Positions 28,021 to 36,552 of a stretch of 64,000 nt of DNA are shown here, in pieces; the stretch's first letter is position 1; each line of letters begins with the position of its first letter. Source of the stretch: Clostridia bacterium. GTDB taxonomy: Bacteria; Bacillota; Clostridia; Christensenellales; CAG-138. A program made the translations under genes and the position numbers. The DNA is taken from assembly GCA_016292635.1 (NCBI GenBank), contig JAEDIC010000002.1:29609-93608 (forward strand). Direction: 5' to 3'. A model generated the notes under the pieces. The model was not told the DNA's origin. It saw nothing but the letters and a program-made list of their open reading frames with translations, and made no database searches.

Positions 28021-28887
28021 ATGGCCTCAAGAAAATACGAGCTGCTGCTGGCCTCGGTAATAGCGGCCCGCTCAACCTCATTTATATTCACAAAGATGTC
28101 CCTGGGCAGCCTGGATACGTTTAATCTGCTGGCCCTTAGGTTTATTGCGGCATTTATACTGCTGGCGCTTTTGTTTTCCAAACGCATAGCCAATATGAAA
28201 AAGCACGAGCTGCTTTCCGGCTGCATTGTGGGTTTGATGTATTTTCTGGTGATGACCTGCGAGCTTACCGCCCTGCATACCGCCGATACCGCCACCGTAT
28301 CCATGCTGGAAAACTGCTCGATTATATTCGTGCCTATGTTTAGCGCTTTTATCAGCAGGAAAATGCCCACTGCGTTAACAATATGCAGCGCAATCATGGC
28401 ACTTATGGGCGTATTCTGTTTGGGTGCGCAGATAGGCAGCTTCTCCGTAGGTATACTGTTTGGGCTGCTGTCCGCAGTGATGTATGCGGTGGCTATACTT
28501 ATAACCGACAAAGTATCCACAGAGCAGTGCGACTCCCTCTGCATAGGAATCGCTCAGGTGGGCAGCATAGGTGTTTTCGCCCTTATCGCATCCATTATAT
28601 TTGAAACGCCCCGCATCCCCACGGACTGGCCCACCATACTTATGACACTGGAGCTTGCCGTGGTATGCACAGGCTTCGGCTTTACCCTTCAGCCCGTGGC
28701 TCAAAGCCGGGTATCAGCCGACAGGGCAGGTCTGTTCTGCGCAATTAACCCCGCCATAGCCACCCTTCTTGGCGCCTTTGTGCTTCATGAACAACTTGGA
28801 TGGCTCAGCATAATCGGCCTTGCGCTGATATTATCCAGCATTGCCCTGCCTTATTTGCAAATCTCATGGGCTTCGCCGCATAATTAA
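28021..28887 (+). CDS. DMT superfamily transporter (EamA domains)
   Basis: 288 aa with 10 TM helices in two EamA-like halves. Confidence 0.85.
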   Translation: MASRKYELLLASVIAARSTSFIFTKMSLGSLDTFNLLALRFIAAFILLALLFSKRIANMKKHELLSGCIVGLMYFLVMTCELTALHTADTATVSMLENCSIIFVPMFSAFISRKMPTALTICSAIMALMGVFCLGAQIGSFSVGILFGLLSAVMYAVAILITDKVSTEQCDSLCIGIAQVGSIGVFALIASIIFETPRIPTDWPTILMTLELAVVCTGFGFTLQPVAQSRVSADRAGLFCAINPAIATLLGAFVLHEQLGWLSIIGLALILSSIALPYLQISWASPHN

Positions 28888-28923
28888 TACAATTAAAAGT
28901 AAAAATAAATTATTTATGCACTG

Positions 28924-28953
28924 TTGACAAAATGATTCTATATAATATATAAT
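28924..28953 (+). promoter_or_regulatory. promoter of the T-box leader
   Basis: TTGACA (28924-28929), 18 nt, then TATAAT (28948-28953). Confidence 0.7.
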
Positions 28954-28974
28954 ACGTTTCAGTTGGAAATGAAA

Positions 28975-29256
28975 AGGCCATGACGGCGAAATAGTACCAT
29001 GAACGGAGCCTTCAGAGAGTTGACGGACGGTGCAAGTCAACAGGCGGCCGCTTGGGAATACACGCTATCAGCCTCCCCCCGAAAGGAAACCGGTAGGCGG
29101 GGACGGGCTTCACCCGTTACAGTGATAGAGTATAGGGCGGCTATGCCGCATTGGGGTACTCGAAAAGGTCCGGTATCGCGAGAACCGGATGAATTGAGGT
29201 GGTAACACGGGATTTGGCGCTCGTCCTCTGCAAGGCAGGGGACGGGCCTTTTTGTT
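28975..29256 (+). promoter_or_regulatory. T-box riboswitch leader, probable Tyr (UAC) specifier
   Basis: AGTA (28993-28996), AGAGAG (29014-29019), distal-loop GGTGCAA (29029-29035), specifier context GAA-TAC-A (29056-29062), T-box sequence AATTGAGGTGGTAACACGG (29192-29210), and terminator stem plus TTTTT (29216-29253). Confidence 0.8.
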
Positions 29257-29339
29257 CCCGGCAAAGATATTTCGGCTGGCATCGCCGCCAAAAGATGCCT
29301 CCGAAAAATCAAATATTATTTTTCAGGAGGAAACACAAA

Positions 29340-30785
29340 ATGAGCAAAGTAAAACTTTTCAGCGGCGAAAACATACCCCTTGAGATGCACAAGGTGCGTA
29401 TAGTTCAGAAGCTTAATCTGCCCCCGGTGGAGGACCGGCTTGCCGCCATGAAAGAGGCTGGCAACAATACCTTCCTTCTTCATAACCGTGATGTATTCAT
29501 GGATATGCTTACCGACAGCGGCGTAAACGCCATGAGCGACAATCAGCTTGCCGCCATGATGATGGCGGATGACGCATACGCCGGCAGCGAGACCTTCAAC
29601 CGCCTCCATTCAAAGCTTAAGGAGATATTCGGCATGGAATTCTTTCTGCCCGCCCATCAGGGCCGTGCGGCGGAGCATATAATTGCCAAAACATTCGTAA
29701 AGCCCGGGGACGTGGTTGCCATGAATTTCCACTTTACCACCACCAAGGCACATATAACCGAATGCGGCGGCAGAGTTGAGGAGCTTGTAAGCGACGAGGG
29801 TATCAACACCACCAGCCGCTGCCTTTTCAAAGGAAATATGGATCTCAATAAGCTTACTGACTGCATCGCCCGCAATCAGGGCCATATGGCCTTCATCCGG
29901 ATGGAAGCCGGCACCAACCTTATCGGCGGTCAGCCTGTATCCCTCCAGAACTTCAGGGATGTAACAAAGATTGCCAAGGATAACGGCATACTGACCGTGC
30001 TGGACGCAAGCCTCCTCCAGGACAATCTGCACTTTATAAAGACCCGTGAGGAGGCCTGTGCGGATATGAGCATACGGGAGATAACCCGAGCCATAGCCGA
30101 CTGCTTTGATATAGTATACTTCTCCGCCCGCAAGCTGGGCTTTGCCCGGGGCGGCGGCATATGCACACGGGACGCCGCGCTCTCGGAGAGCATGAAGGAG
30201 CTTGTGCCCATGTTTGAGGGTTTCCTTACATACGGCGGCATGAGCGTAAGGGAGATGGAAGCCATCACCGTTGGCCTTGAGGAGACTATGGATGAGGATA
30301 TCATCAACCAGGGCCCAATGTTTATTGAATTTATGACCAATGAGCTGGTAAAGCGCGGCATACCCGTGGTAACTCCCGCAGGCGGCCTTGGCTGCCATCT
30401 GAACGCTCGTGAGTTCCTGCCCCAGCTCAACGACCATCAGTACCCCGCAGGGGCACTTGCTGCCGCAATATACATCGCAAGCGGCGTAAGGGGCATGGAG
30501 CGCGGAACCCTTTCGGAGCAGCGTGAGCCTGACGGCACCGAACCCATCGCCGCGATGGAGCTTGTGCGTCTTGCACTGCCGCGCCGTGTATTCACCCTGT
30601 CTCAGGTCATGTACGCCGTTGACCGCATAGACTGGCTGTTCAGGAACCGCCATCTCATCGGCGGCCTCCGCTGGGTGGAAGAGCCCAAGGTGCTGCGTTT
30701 CTTCTTTGGCAGATTGGAAGCCGATGGCGATTGGCAGGAGCGGCTTGCCTCAGCCTTCCGCCGGGATTTCGGCGACAGCTTATAA
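29340..30785 (+). CDS. beta-eliminating lyase family PLP enzyme, tyrosine phenol-lyase-like
   Basis: Strong similarity to TPL/TnaA throughout (NTFLL..D.F.D.LTDSG.NAMSD.Q.A.MM..D.AYAGS). The PLP-Lys context is FSARK. The TPL-type discriminators FTTT, GMERG and LRFFF are present. The ATG at 29340 follows AGGAGG, so the ORF-track start at 29199 lies inside the leader. Confidence 0.85.
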   Translation: MSKVKLFSGENIPLEMHKVRIVQKLNLPPVEDRLAAMKEAGNNTFLLHNRDVFMDMLTDSGVNAMSDNQLAAMMMADDAYAGSETFNRLHSKLKEIFGMEFFLPAHQGRAAEHIIAKTFVKPGDVVAMNFHFTTTKAHITECGGRVEELVSDEGINTTSRCLFKGNMDLNKLTDCIARNQGHMAFIRMEAGTNLIGGQPVSLQNFRDVTKIAKDNGILTVLDASLLQDNLHFIKTREEACADMSIREITRAIADCFDIVYFSARKLGFARGGGICTRDAALSESMKELVPMFEGFLTYGGMSVREMEAITVGLEETMDEDIINQGPMFIEFMTNELVKRGIPVVTPAGGLGCHLNAREFLPQLNDHQYPAGALAAAIYIASGVRGMERGTLSEQREPDGTEPIAAMELVRLALPRRVFTLSQVMYAVDRIDWLFRNRHLIGGLRWVEEPKVLRFFFGRLEADGDWQERLASAFRRDFGDSL

Positions 30786-30871
30786 TAAAACAGTTTTTTT
30801 CATTAATTTCCCCTATACGAAAACCCGGCGCAGAATTTATGACGCCGAGTTTTTGTGTAATTGAGTATTGT

Positions 30872-32083
30872 TTATGCCTCCCCTTTCTTCCATTCCTTAA
30901 TGCCGATGGTTATGGCTATGCCTATAACCGCAAAGGCCATTATAACGAGGAACGTGCCGCTGTAGGACAAACTGCCGCAGGCAGGTCCAAGGTAGGATGC
31001 GATAATAAGGTTAAGGTTTACAAGGCTAAAATTAAAGGCGTAGTTCTTACTTCCGAAGAAATAAGAGGCGTATGCGGAATTGGTAGGAGTAACGCCGCCA
31101 TAGGCGAGGCCAAGGAATATAAAGCCCGCTGCAAGCACGGGTATACTCATTGTGCCGTTTGCGGCAAGGAGGGCTGCGGATGCGCATATAAACATGGCGC
31201 AGACGGCAATCATAGTTTTGCGGTAGCCAATTTTATCAAAAAGCTGGCCGAATATTATGCGGCCAACGCCGTTTGCAATGGACACCATTCCCGCAAGGGC
31301 TGCGGCACGGGCAAGATTATCCCCAACGAAGCACTGGGCAAAGGACGCCGCCTCGTTCATTATCGCGAGACCTGCGGCGGAAAGTATGATGGCCCATATA
31401 AAATACAGCCAGAACTGCTTTTGCCGTATCATTTCCTTCCAATTCATATCGCGCAAGGAAGCCTTCGCCTTGCCGCCCGCAGACATTTTTGCGGCAAACT
31501 CACCGGGGGCTATCTTAAGTATAAAGGCACCTATGAGTATGACGGCGAAGAACACAAGGCCGAATATCAAAAATGTCTTTCGCCAGCCTATTGAGCCTAT
31601 AAGATTTGCGCTGAGCGTACCGAACACCATGCCACCAAATCCAAATCCCATAAGGGCGATGCCGGACACAAGGCCCTTTTTATCCGGAAACCATGACATA
31701 ACCACGCTGAGGCAGGCATTGTAACCCAAACCAACGCCAAGGCCGCACAGCAGGCTATATGTGCAGCATATGCCCACAAGACCCTTTGCCATGGAGGCGG
31801 CGGAAAAGCCTGCCAGCATACACACGGCGCTGCATATAACGGTGACGCGTATGCTGAACCTTTTCTGCATCATGCCGGAAACGAGACCCCCAAGGCAGAA
31901 AAGCATCATGCTTACGGAAAACACCAGCGATGCCTGGGAGGGAGCCCAGCCGAACTCGGTTTCCAACGGTATTCTGAATACTGACCAGGCGTATATGAGC
32001 CCAAGAAACAGCAGCAGAAGCGTGCAGAGGGTAAGGTATCCCCAACGCAGCGCGGAAAGTTCAACAGCGTTTTTCTTTTCCAT
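30872..32083 (-). CDS. MFS transporter (oxalate/formate antiporter-like)
   Basis: 12-TM MFS. The N-terminus after M at 32083 (MEKKNAVELSALRWGYL...) resembles the OFA family. Confidence 0.75.
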   Translation of the reverse strand: MEKKNAVELSALRWGYLTLCTLLLLFLGLIYAWSVFRIPLETEFGWAPSQASLVFSVSMMLFCLGGLVSGMMQKRFSIRVTVICSAVCMLAGFSAASMAKGLVGICCTYSLLCGLGVGLGYNACLSVVMSWFPDKKGLVSGIALMGFGFGGMVFGTLSANLIGSIGWRKTFLIFGLVFFAVILIGAFILKIAPGEFAAKMSAGGKAKASLRDMNWKEMIRQKQFWLYFIWAIILSAAGLAIMNEAASFAQCFVGDNLARAAALAGMVSIANGVGRIIFGQLFDKIGYRKTMIAVCAMFICASAALLAANGTMSIPVLAAGFIFLGLAYGGVTPTNSAYASYFFGSKNYAFNFSLVNLNLIIASYLGPACGSLSYSGTFLVIMAFAVIGIAITIGIKEWKKGEA

Positions 32084-32261
32084 ATTAATGATATTTCCTC
32101 TGTGATAAAAGATATGTTCAATTATATAATACATTCCGCCGTTTGTCTCGCAAATTCATTCCAATATACTATCCATAAACCCAATTATGTTATCCAATAT
32201 CCAGTTGTTATATGGTAAAATGAATTATCAGGATATACCATTGCTCCAAGGAGGTCATCAT

Positions 32262-32795
32262 ATGGCAAAGAAAGTCCTTATATTATCCGGCAGTCCCCGA
32301 AAAAACGGCAACTCCGACACCCTCTGCAATGAATTCCTGCGGGGCGCCCTTGAGGCGGGGCACGATGCGGAGAAAATACGTGTGGCTGAAAAGAACATAA
32401 GCCCCTGTCGCGGATGCTACGCCTGCGAGCATGGATCCTGTGCAATCCAGGACGACATGGCGGACATACTGCAAAAAATGATAGACGCGGACGTGCTAGT
32501 CCTTGCAAGTCCCGTATACTTTTACTCCATTTCTGCCCAGCTTAAGGCCGTGATAGACCGCTCGGTAGCCCGCTGGACAGAGGTAAAGGATAAGGAGTTT
32601 TACTATATCATGACCGCCGCCGATGAAGACCGTAAGTCCATGGATACCCCCTTAGCCTGCTTACGGGGATATGCGGACTGCGTTGACGGGGCAAAGGAAA
32701 TGGGCGTAATATACGGTGCCGGCGTATATGAAGCCGGCAAAATACTTTCCTCCCCAGCCATGCAGGAAGCCTACGAAATGGGCAAAAGCGTCTGA
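32262..32795 (+). CDS. flavodoxin-like fold NAD(P)H-dependent FMN reductase / iron-sulfur flavoprotein-like
   Basis: KKVLILSGSPRKNGNSD FMN-binding N-terminus and Cys cluster CRGCYACEHGSC. The ATG at 32262 follows AAGGAGG. Confidence 0.8.
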   Translation: MAKKVLILSGSPRKNGNSDTLCNEFLRGALEAGHDAEKIRVAEKNISPCRGCYACEHGSCAIQDDMADILQKMIDADVLVLASPVYFYSISAQLKAVIDRSVARWTEVKDKEFYYIMTAADEDRKSMDTPLACLRGYADCVDGAKEMGVIYGAGVYEAGKILSSPAMQEAYEMGKSV

Positions 32796-32824
32796 TAAAA
32801 CATTCAACATTCATACAAAAATCC

Positions 32825-33024
32825 CTGCCTGTGGAAAAACCTCTTGGAGGTTAGGAGGCCGCGCCCCCCGGAGGCTTCAATCGGATTTGGCGGCCTGTGG
32901 GACAAATCCGCAAAAGCCTCGCACAGCAAGGTTTTTTTACATGGCTCCCTGGCCGTGTTGTAGGCGCAGGTGAGCCATGTAAACGAAAAAGTGGCGCAAT
33001 GTCACTTTTTCCACAGCCTGAGCC
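32825..33024 (+). repeat. multi-hairpin intergenic repeat, copy A (full length)
   Basis: About 80% identical to 46192-46387. Terminal inverted repeats are CTGTGGAAAAA (32829-32839) and TTTTTCCACAG (33006-33016). It lies between the flavodoxin-like stop codon and its terminator hairpin (33022-33050). Confidence 0.85.
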
Positions 33025-33071
33025 TTTCGAACGCTCGGAAGGATTTTTTTATATTGATTTAATATATGCTG

Positions 33072-33827
33072 CTATTCACGCATAGCCCTGGATATTTCGT
33101 ACATGAGTATGCCCGCTGCCACCGAGGCATTGAGGCTTTCAGCCCTGCCAAACATTGGCAGACGGTACTTTTCGCATATATCCCCTATCTCATCCGACAC
33201 GCCGCTGCCTTCGTTGCCGATTACCAGCACGCAGTTTTTTCCGGGTGCGGGAAGTGTTTCGCCCCCTTCAAGATGTCCGCATATCAGCGTATATCCTGCG
33301 GCCGCAAGGCAGGAAAGCTCATCGATAAGCTCGCCCTGCCAAAGTGGAATGTGATATACACTGCCCATGGTAGAACGCAGCACTTTGGGGCTGAATGGGT
33401 CGGCGCAGCCTTTGCTCAAAAGCAGACCTGATGCTCCCATTGCATCCGCGGTGCGGAGTATGGTACCAAGGTTTCCGGGGTCCTGTACCCTGTCCAGCGC
33501 CACAATAAACCCTTCGGGGTAACTTTCGGGCGGGATGGTATCCGGCGTATGCACGGAAGCGCAAACCCACTGGGGGGTTCCGGTATCCGTCATGCTTTCA
33601 AGTACCCTGCGTGTAACGGTATATACCCTTTGGGCAGATCGTGCCATATCCTCCGCTTCCCTGCCCTCTTCCATGAATAGCTCAGCAATTTGAGCGCCGG
33701 AGGCAATGGCTTCCCGCACCAGTCGCTCACCTTCTATAAGGTGCAGCCCGGTCTCCTGTCTGCCTTTTTTGGCGGCAAGGGAGCGCGTCCGCTTTACGGT
33801 ATCGTTTTGCGTGCTTTGGATAAGCAT
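33072..33827 (-). CDS. TrmH/SpoU family RNA 2'-O-methyltransferase
   Basis: SpoU motifs DRVQDPGNLGTILRTA, LVIGNEGSGVS and ESLNASVAAGI. The M at 33827 follows GGAGGGA. Confidence 0.85.
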   Translation of the reverse strand: MLIQSTQNDTVKRTRSLAAKKGRQETGLHLIEGERLVREAIASGAQIAELFMEEGREAEDMARSAQRVYTVTRRVLESMTDTGTPQWVCASVHTPDTIPPESYPEGFIVALDRVQDPGNLGTILRTADAMGASGLLLSKGCADPFSPKVLRSTMGSVYHIPLWQGELIDELSCLAAAGYTLICGHLEGGETLPAPGKNCVLVIGNEGSGVSDEIGDICEKYRLPMFGRAESLNASVAAGILMYEISRAMRE

Positions 33828-33898
33828 GATAAATCCCTCCGGTAAAAGTATGAAAAGGGCGCAGCCGTACAATTCGGCTGCGCCTTGGTTGCTGTTGC

Positions 33899-34255
33899 TT
33901 ATGCGCGGGCCTCGACAGCGATATCAGCCAGCTTCTTGAAGGCGGCCATATCGTTTACTGCCAGGTCGGCAAGAACCTTGCGGTTCACATCTACGCCGGC
34001 CTTCTTCAGACCGTCGATCATGCGGCTGTAGGTGGTGCCGCAGATGCGGGCGCCTGCGTTGATACGGGCAATCCACAGCTTGCGATACTCACGCTTCTTC
34101 AGCTTGCGGCCAACATAGGCGTAAGCCATGGAGCGCATAACCTGCTGGGAAGCGGAACGATACTGCTTGCTCTTGGCGCCATAATAGCCCTTGGCAAGCT
34201 TAAAAACCTTGCGGCGTTTCTTAACGGCATTGACTGCTCTCTTGATACGTGCCAT
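33899..34255 (-). CDS. rplT: 50S ribosomal protein L20
   Basis: [33 protein letters not shown]. Confidence 0.95.
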   Translation of the reverse strand: MARIKRAVNAVKKRRKVFKLAKGYYGAKSKQYRSASQQVMRSMAYAYVGRKLKKREYRKLWIARINAGARICGTTYSRMIDGLKKAGVDVNRKVLADLAVNDMAAFKKLADIAVEARA

Positions 34256-34268
34256 GATTCATTTCCTC

Positions 34269-34466
34269 CTACTTATAAGGTATCAGCTCGCGAACCTTCT
34301 TGGCTTCGCACTCGGCAATGTAGCCGGTCTGACGCAGTCTGCGGCCGCGCTTGGTGGTCTTCTTGGTAAGAATGTGGCTCTTGTAGGCCTTTGCTCTCTT
34401 GATCTTGCCGGACTTGGTGAGGCTGAAACGCTTTGCCGCACCCCTGTGAGTCTTGATTTTCGGCAT
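34269..34466 (-). CDS. rpmI: 50S ribosomal protein L35
   Basis: MPKIKTHRGAAKRFSLTKSGKIKR. Confidence 0.95.
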   Translation of the reverse strand: MPKIKTHRGAAKRFSLTKSGKIKRAKAYKSHILTKKTTKRGRRLRQTGYIAECEAKKVRELIPYK

Positions 34467-34482
34467 GGGGATTCCTCCTGTA

Positions 34483-34998
34483 TTAATTGGTTTTAGGTGT
34501 TAATATCATGAACATATTGCGTCCTTCCTGCTTAGCAGGACGGTCTATCGCAGCACTGTCCTTGACCATCTCATAGAAAGCGCCCATTACATCCAGGCCC
34601 AGATCGCCGTGCTTTATCTGACGGCCCCTGAAGCGAATGGTCACCTTTACTTTGTCCCCGTTTTTCAGGAACTTTTCGGTAGCCTTGGCTTTAACTTCCA
34701 TATCGTGGGTATCGATGGTTGCAGAAAGGCGAATTTCCTTTACCTCGATAACCTTCTGGTTCTTACGGGCTTCCTTTTCCCTCTTGCCCTGCTCAAACTT
34801 GTACTTACCGTAGTCCATTATCTTGCATACGGGGGGAACGGCCTGAGGAGCGATCTTGACCAAATCCAGTCCTGCTTCATCGGCCATGCGGAACGCCACA
34901 TCCAGCTGAACTACTCCCTGCTGGTTTCCTTCTTCGTCAATAAGGCGCACCTCCTTATCGCGAATTTCTTCATTGATCTGAAGTTCTTCCTTGGCTAT
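34483..34998 (-). CDS. infC: translation initiation factor IF-3, probable non-canonical ATA start
   Basis: The INEEIRDKEVRLIDEEGNQQGVV core is present. The ATG at 35013 has no room for an RBS, because the terminator U-run abuts it, and it is itself part of GGAGGTG. The ATA at 34998-34996 lies 8 nt after that GGAGG. Confidence 0.85.
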   Translation of the reverse strand: MAKEELQINEEIRDKEVRLIDEEGNQQGVVQLDVAFRMADEAGLDLVKIAPQAVPPVCKIMDYGKYKFEQGKREKEARKNQKVIEVKEIRLSATIDTHDMEVKAKATEKFLKNGDKVKVTIRFRGRQIKHGDLGLDVMGAFYEMVKDSAAIDRPAKQEGRNMFMILTPKTN

Positions 34999-35013
34999 GG
35001 TGGACACCTCCAT

Positions 35014-35139
35014 AAAATAAAATTCAGCGGGTCAGAAACTACCCGCTGAACGCACAAAACCATAGGTTTATTATTGCCTTGATACCACGCCTAACTGTAT
35101 CGCCGGCGGGTGAGAAGCGGGCTGCTTCTGCTTTTACCG
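35014..35139 (-). promoter_or_regulatory. infC-rpmI-rplT leader with intrinsic attenuator (L20-leader-like)
   Basis: A ~125-nt leader ends in the hairpin TTCAGCGGGT-n8-ACCCGCTGAA plus TTTTATTTT (35014-35050, minus strand), immediately before the infC RBS. The operon is L20-autoregulated by attenuation in Bacillus. Structural homology was not verified. Confidence 0.4.
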
Positions 35140-35145
35140 TGGGTT

Positions 35146-35173
35146 ATTATATCACACCACGGGTTTTTGTCAA
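35146..35173 (-). promoter_or_regulatory. promoter of the infC operon
   Basis: On the minus strand: TTGACA (35173-35168), 16 nt, then an extended -10 TGATATAAT (TATAAT = 35151-35146). Confidence 0.65.
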
Positions 35174-35209
35174 TGTTTTTTTTAGAATTCATCTATATAT
35201 TTTGCCTTT

Positions 35210-36424
35210 TTAGCCCTTAAGCACCGCCCGGCAGTAGCTCCTTATCTGCTCAACAGTGCCTTCAACATCGGTAGCCCCGCCAACGGCAGCGCTGCCCTGG
35301 GCAAACTCATCCCGTCCGCCGCCTTTGCCGCCCACCGCGGCGTTTACCGCCTGTATAAGCTCACTCATGCTGTTCTTTACGGCCTTGCCCCTGGCAAGCT
35401 GATACATAAGCGTTTCGCCATTCAGCGAAAAAAGCACCGCCACGGCCTCAGGCTGCTCGGTAAGCTTCTCTGCGAGGGTTTTAAGCTCGTTCATCCGCGC
35501 GCCCTGCTGCAGGCTTACCACAAGCCTTGCCCCGCCTATGCTTTCGGCTCTTTGCAGCAGCTCTGCCGAAATATACTTTTGCAGCTGCTGTGTGCGCTCC
35601 CTAAGCTGATGCTTTGCGGCGTTAAGCTCATCGCCCTGCCGTGTAACCGCTGATACCACGTCCTCCGCCTTTGCGCTGAAGCGCACCGCAAGGGTATCCA
35701 CTATATCCTGATTTTTCAGGGAATCCTCCACCGCCCTCATGCCGCAGGCAAACCATATGCGTACGCCTCCCTTGTACTTTATGTGGGAAGTTATCTTTAT
35801 ATAGCCCACCTCTCCGGAATGGGCCACATGGGTGCCGCAGCAGGTGCAGGAATCCACAGCGCCGTCTTCAAAGTAAACTATGCGTATATCCCCGGTAAGG
35901 CCCTTGGCCTGCTTGCGGAGAGGCATATTCTCCAGCTCCTCCCCCCGCACCACCACGGAAGTGACCGGCACATTGCGCTGAACCGCCCTGTTCGCCTCCC
36001 GCTGAAGCTGTTGGATCTGCTCATGGGTAAGAAAGGTATCCAGATCTATGGTGGCATAGTCCTCCGCCATATGGAAGCCCACATTCACCGCGCCGAACAG
36101 CTTGCTGGCAAGGCCCGAGAGAATATGCTCGCCGCTGTGCTGGCAGGTATGGTCTATACGTGGCTCCTCATCCGCAGTAACGGTAACCACAGCGCCCTTT
36201 TCAAGGGGCCTGTCCGCCATGTGCCATACAAGCTCCCCTTCCTCACGGGCGTGGGAGATCACTGCATCCCCAATTCGTCCCGTATCCGAAAGCTGACCTC
36301 CGCTTTCCGGGAATATGGCGGTAACGTCGGTAAGTATCTCATAGCCGCCCTCTACGGCAACACAGTCCAGCACCATGGCCTGACAACTGAGGGCTCCGTT
36401 ATCATGGTATGCACGCTTTGTCAT
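35210..36424 (-). CDS. alanyl-tRNA editing protein (AlaX-L type, tRNA_SAD + DHHA1)
   Basis: Zinc motifs HTCQHSGEHILSG and CCGTHV, and a C-terminal GGKGGGRDEFAQG (DHHA1). The M at 36424 is the likely start. Confidence 0.8.
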   Translation of the reverse strand: MTKRAYHDNGALSCQAMVLDCVAVEGGYEILTDVTAIFPESGGQLSDTGRIGDAVISHAREEGELVWHMADRPLEKGAVVTVTADEEPRIDHTCQHSGEHILSGLASKLFGAVNVGFHMAEDYATIDLDTFLTHEQIQQLQREANRAVQRNVPVTSVVVRGEELENMPLRKQAKGLTGDIRIVYFEDGAVDSCTCCGTHVAHSGEVGYIKITSHIKYKGGVRIWFACGMRAVEDSLKNQDIVDTLAVRFSAKAEDVVSAVTRQGDELNAAKHQLRERTQQLQKYISAELLQRAESIGGARLVVSLQQGARMNELKTLAEKLTEQPEAVAVLFSLNGETLMYQLARGKAVKNSMSELIQAVNAAVGGKGGGRDEFAQGSAAVGGATDVEGTVEQIRSYCRAVLKG

Positions 36425-36552
36425 TTTCACATTTCTCCATTCAGGGCATTTCATACATTAGCATACAAAACCCCAACAGAAAAAGCAATATAAAAACATC
36501 GCCGTGTACCCTCTGAGGCACACGGCGAAAGCTTATGCTGCTTATTGCAAAA

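Noticed and set aside
32897-33085. Conserved conceptual peptide inside the repeats (FFTWLPGRVVGAGEPCKRKSG / FFAWLPGRAAGTREPCKPRKSG / FEWLPGRAVGTREPCKHRKSS), including a 3-nt indel.
   Set aside because: There is no consistent start codon or RBS across copies. Copy C is truncated within the frame. The nucleotide differences are better explained as paired compensatory changes in hairpin stems. I treat it as a non-coding repeat, although a coding test (dN/dS across many copies) would settle it.
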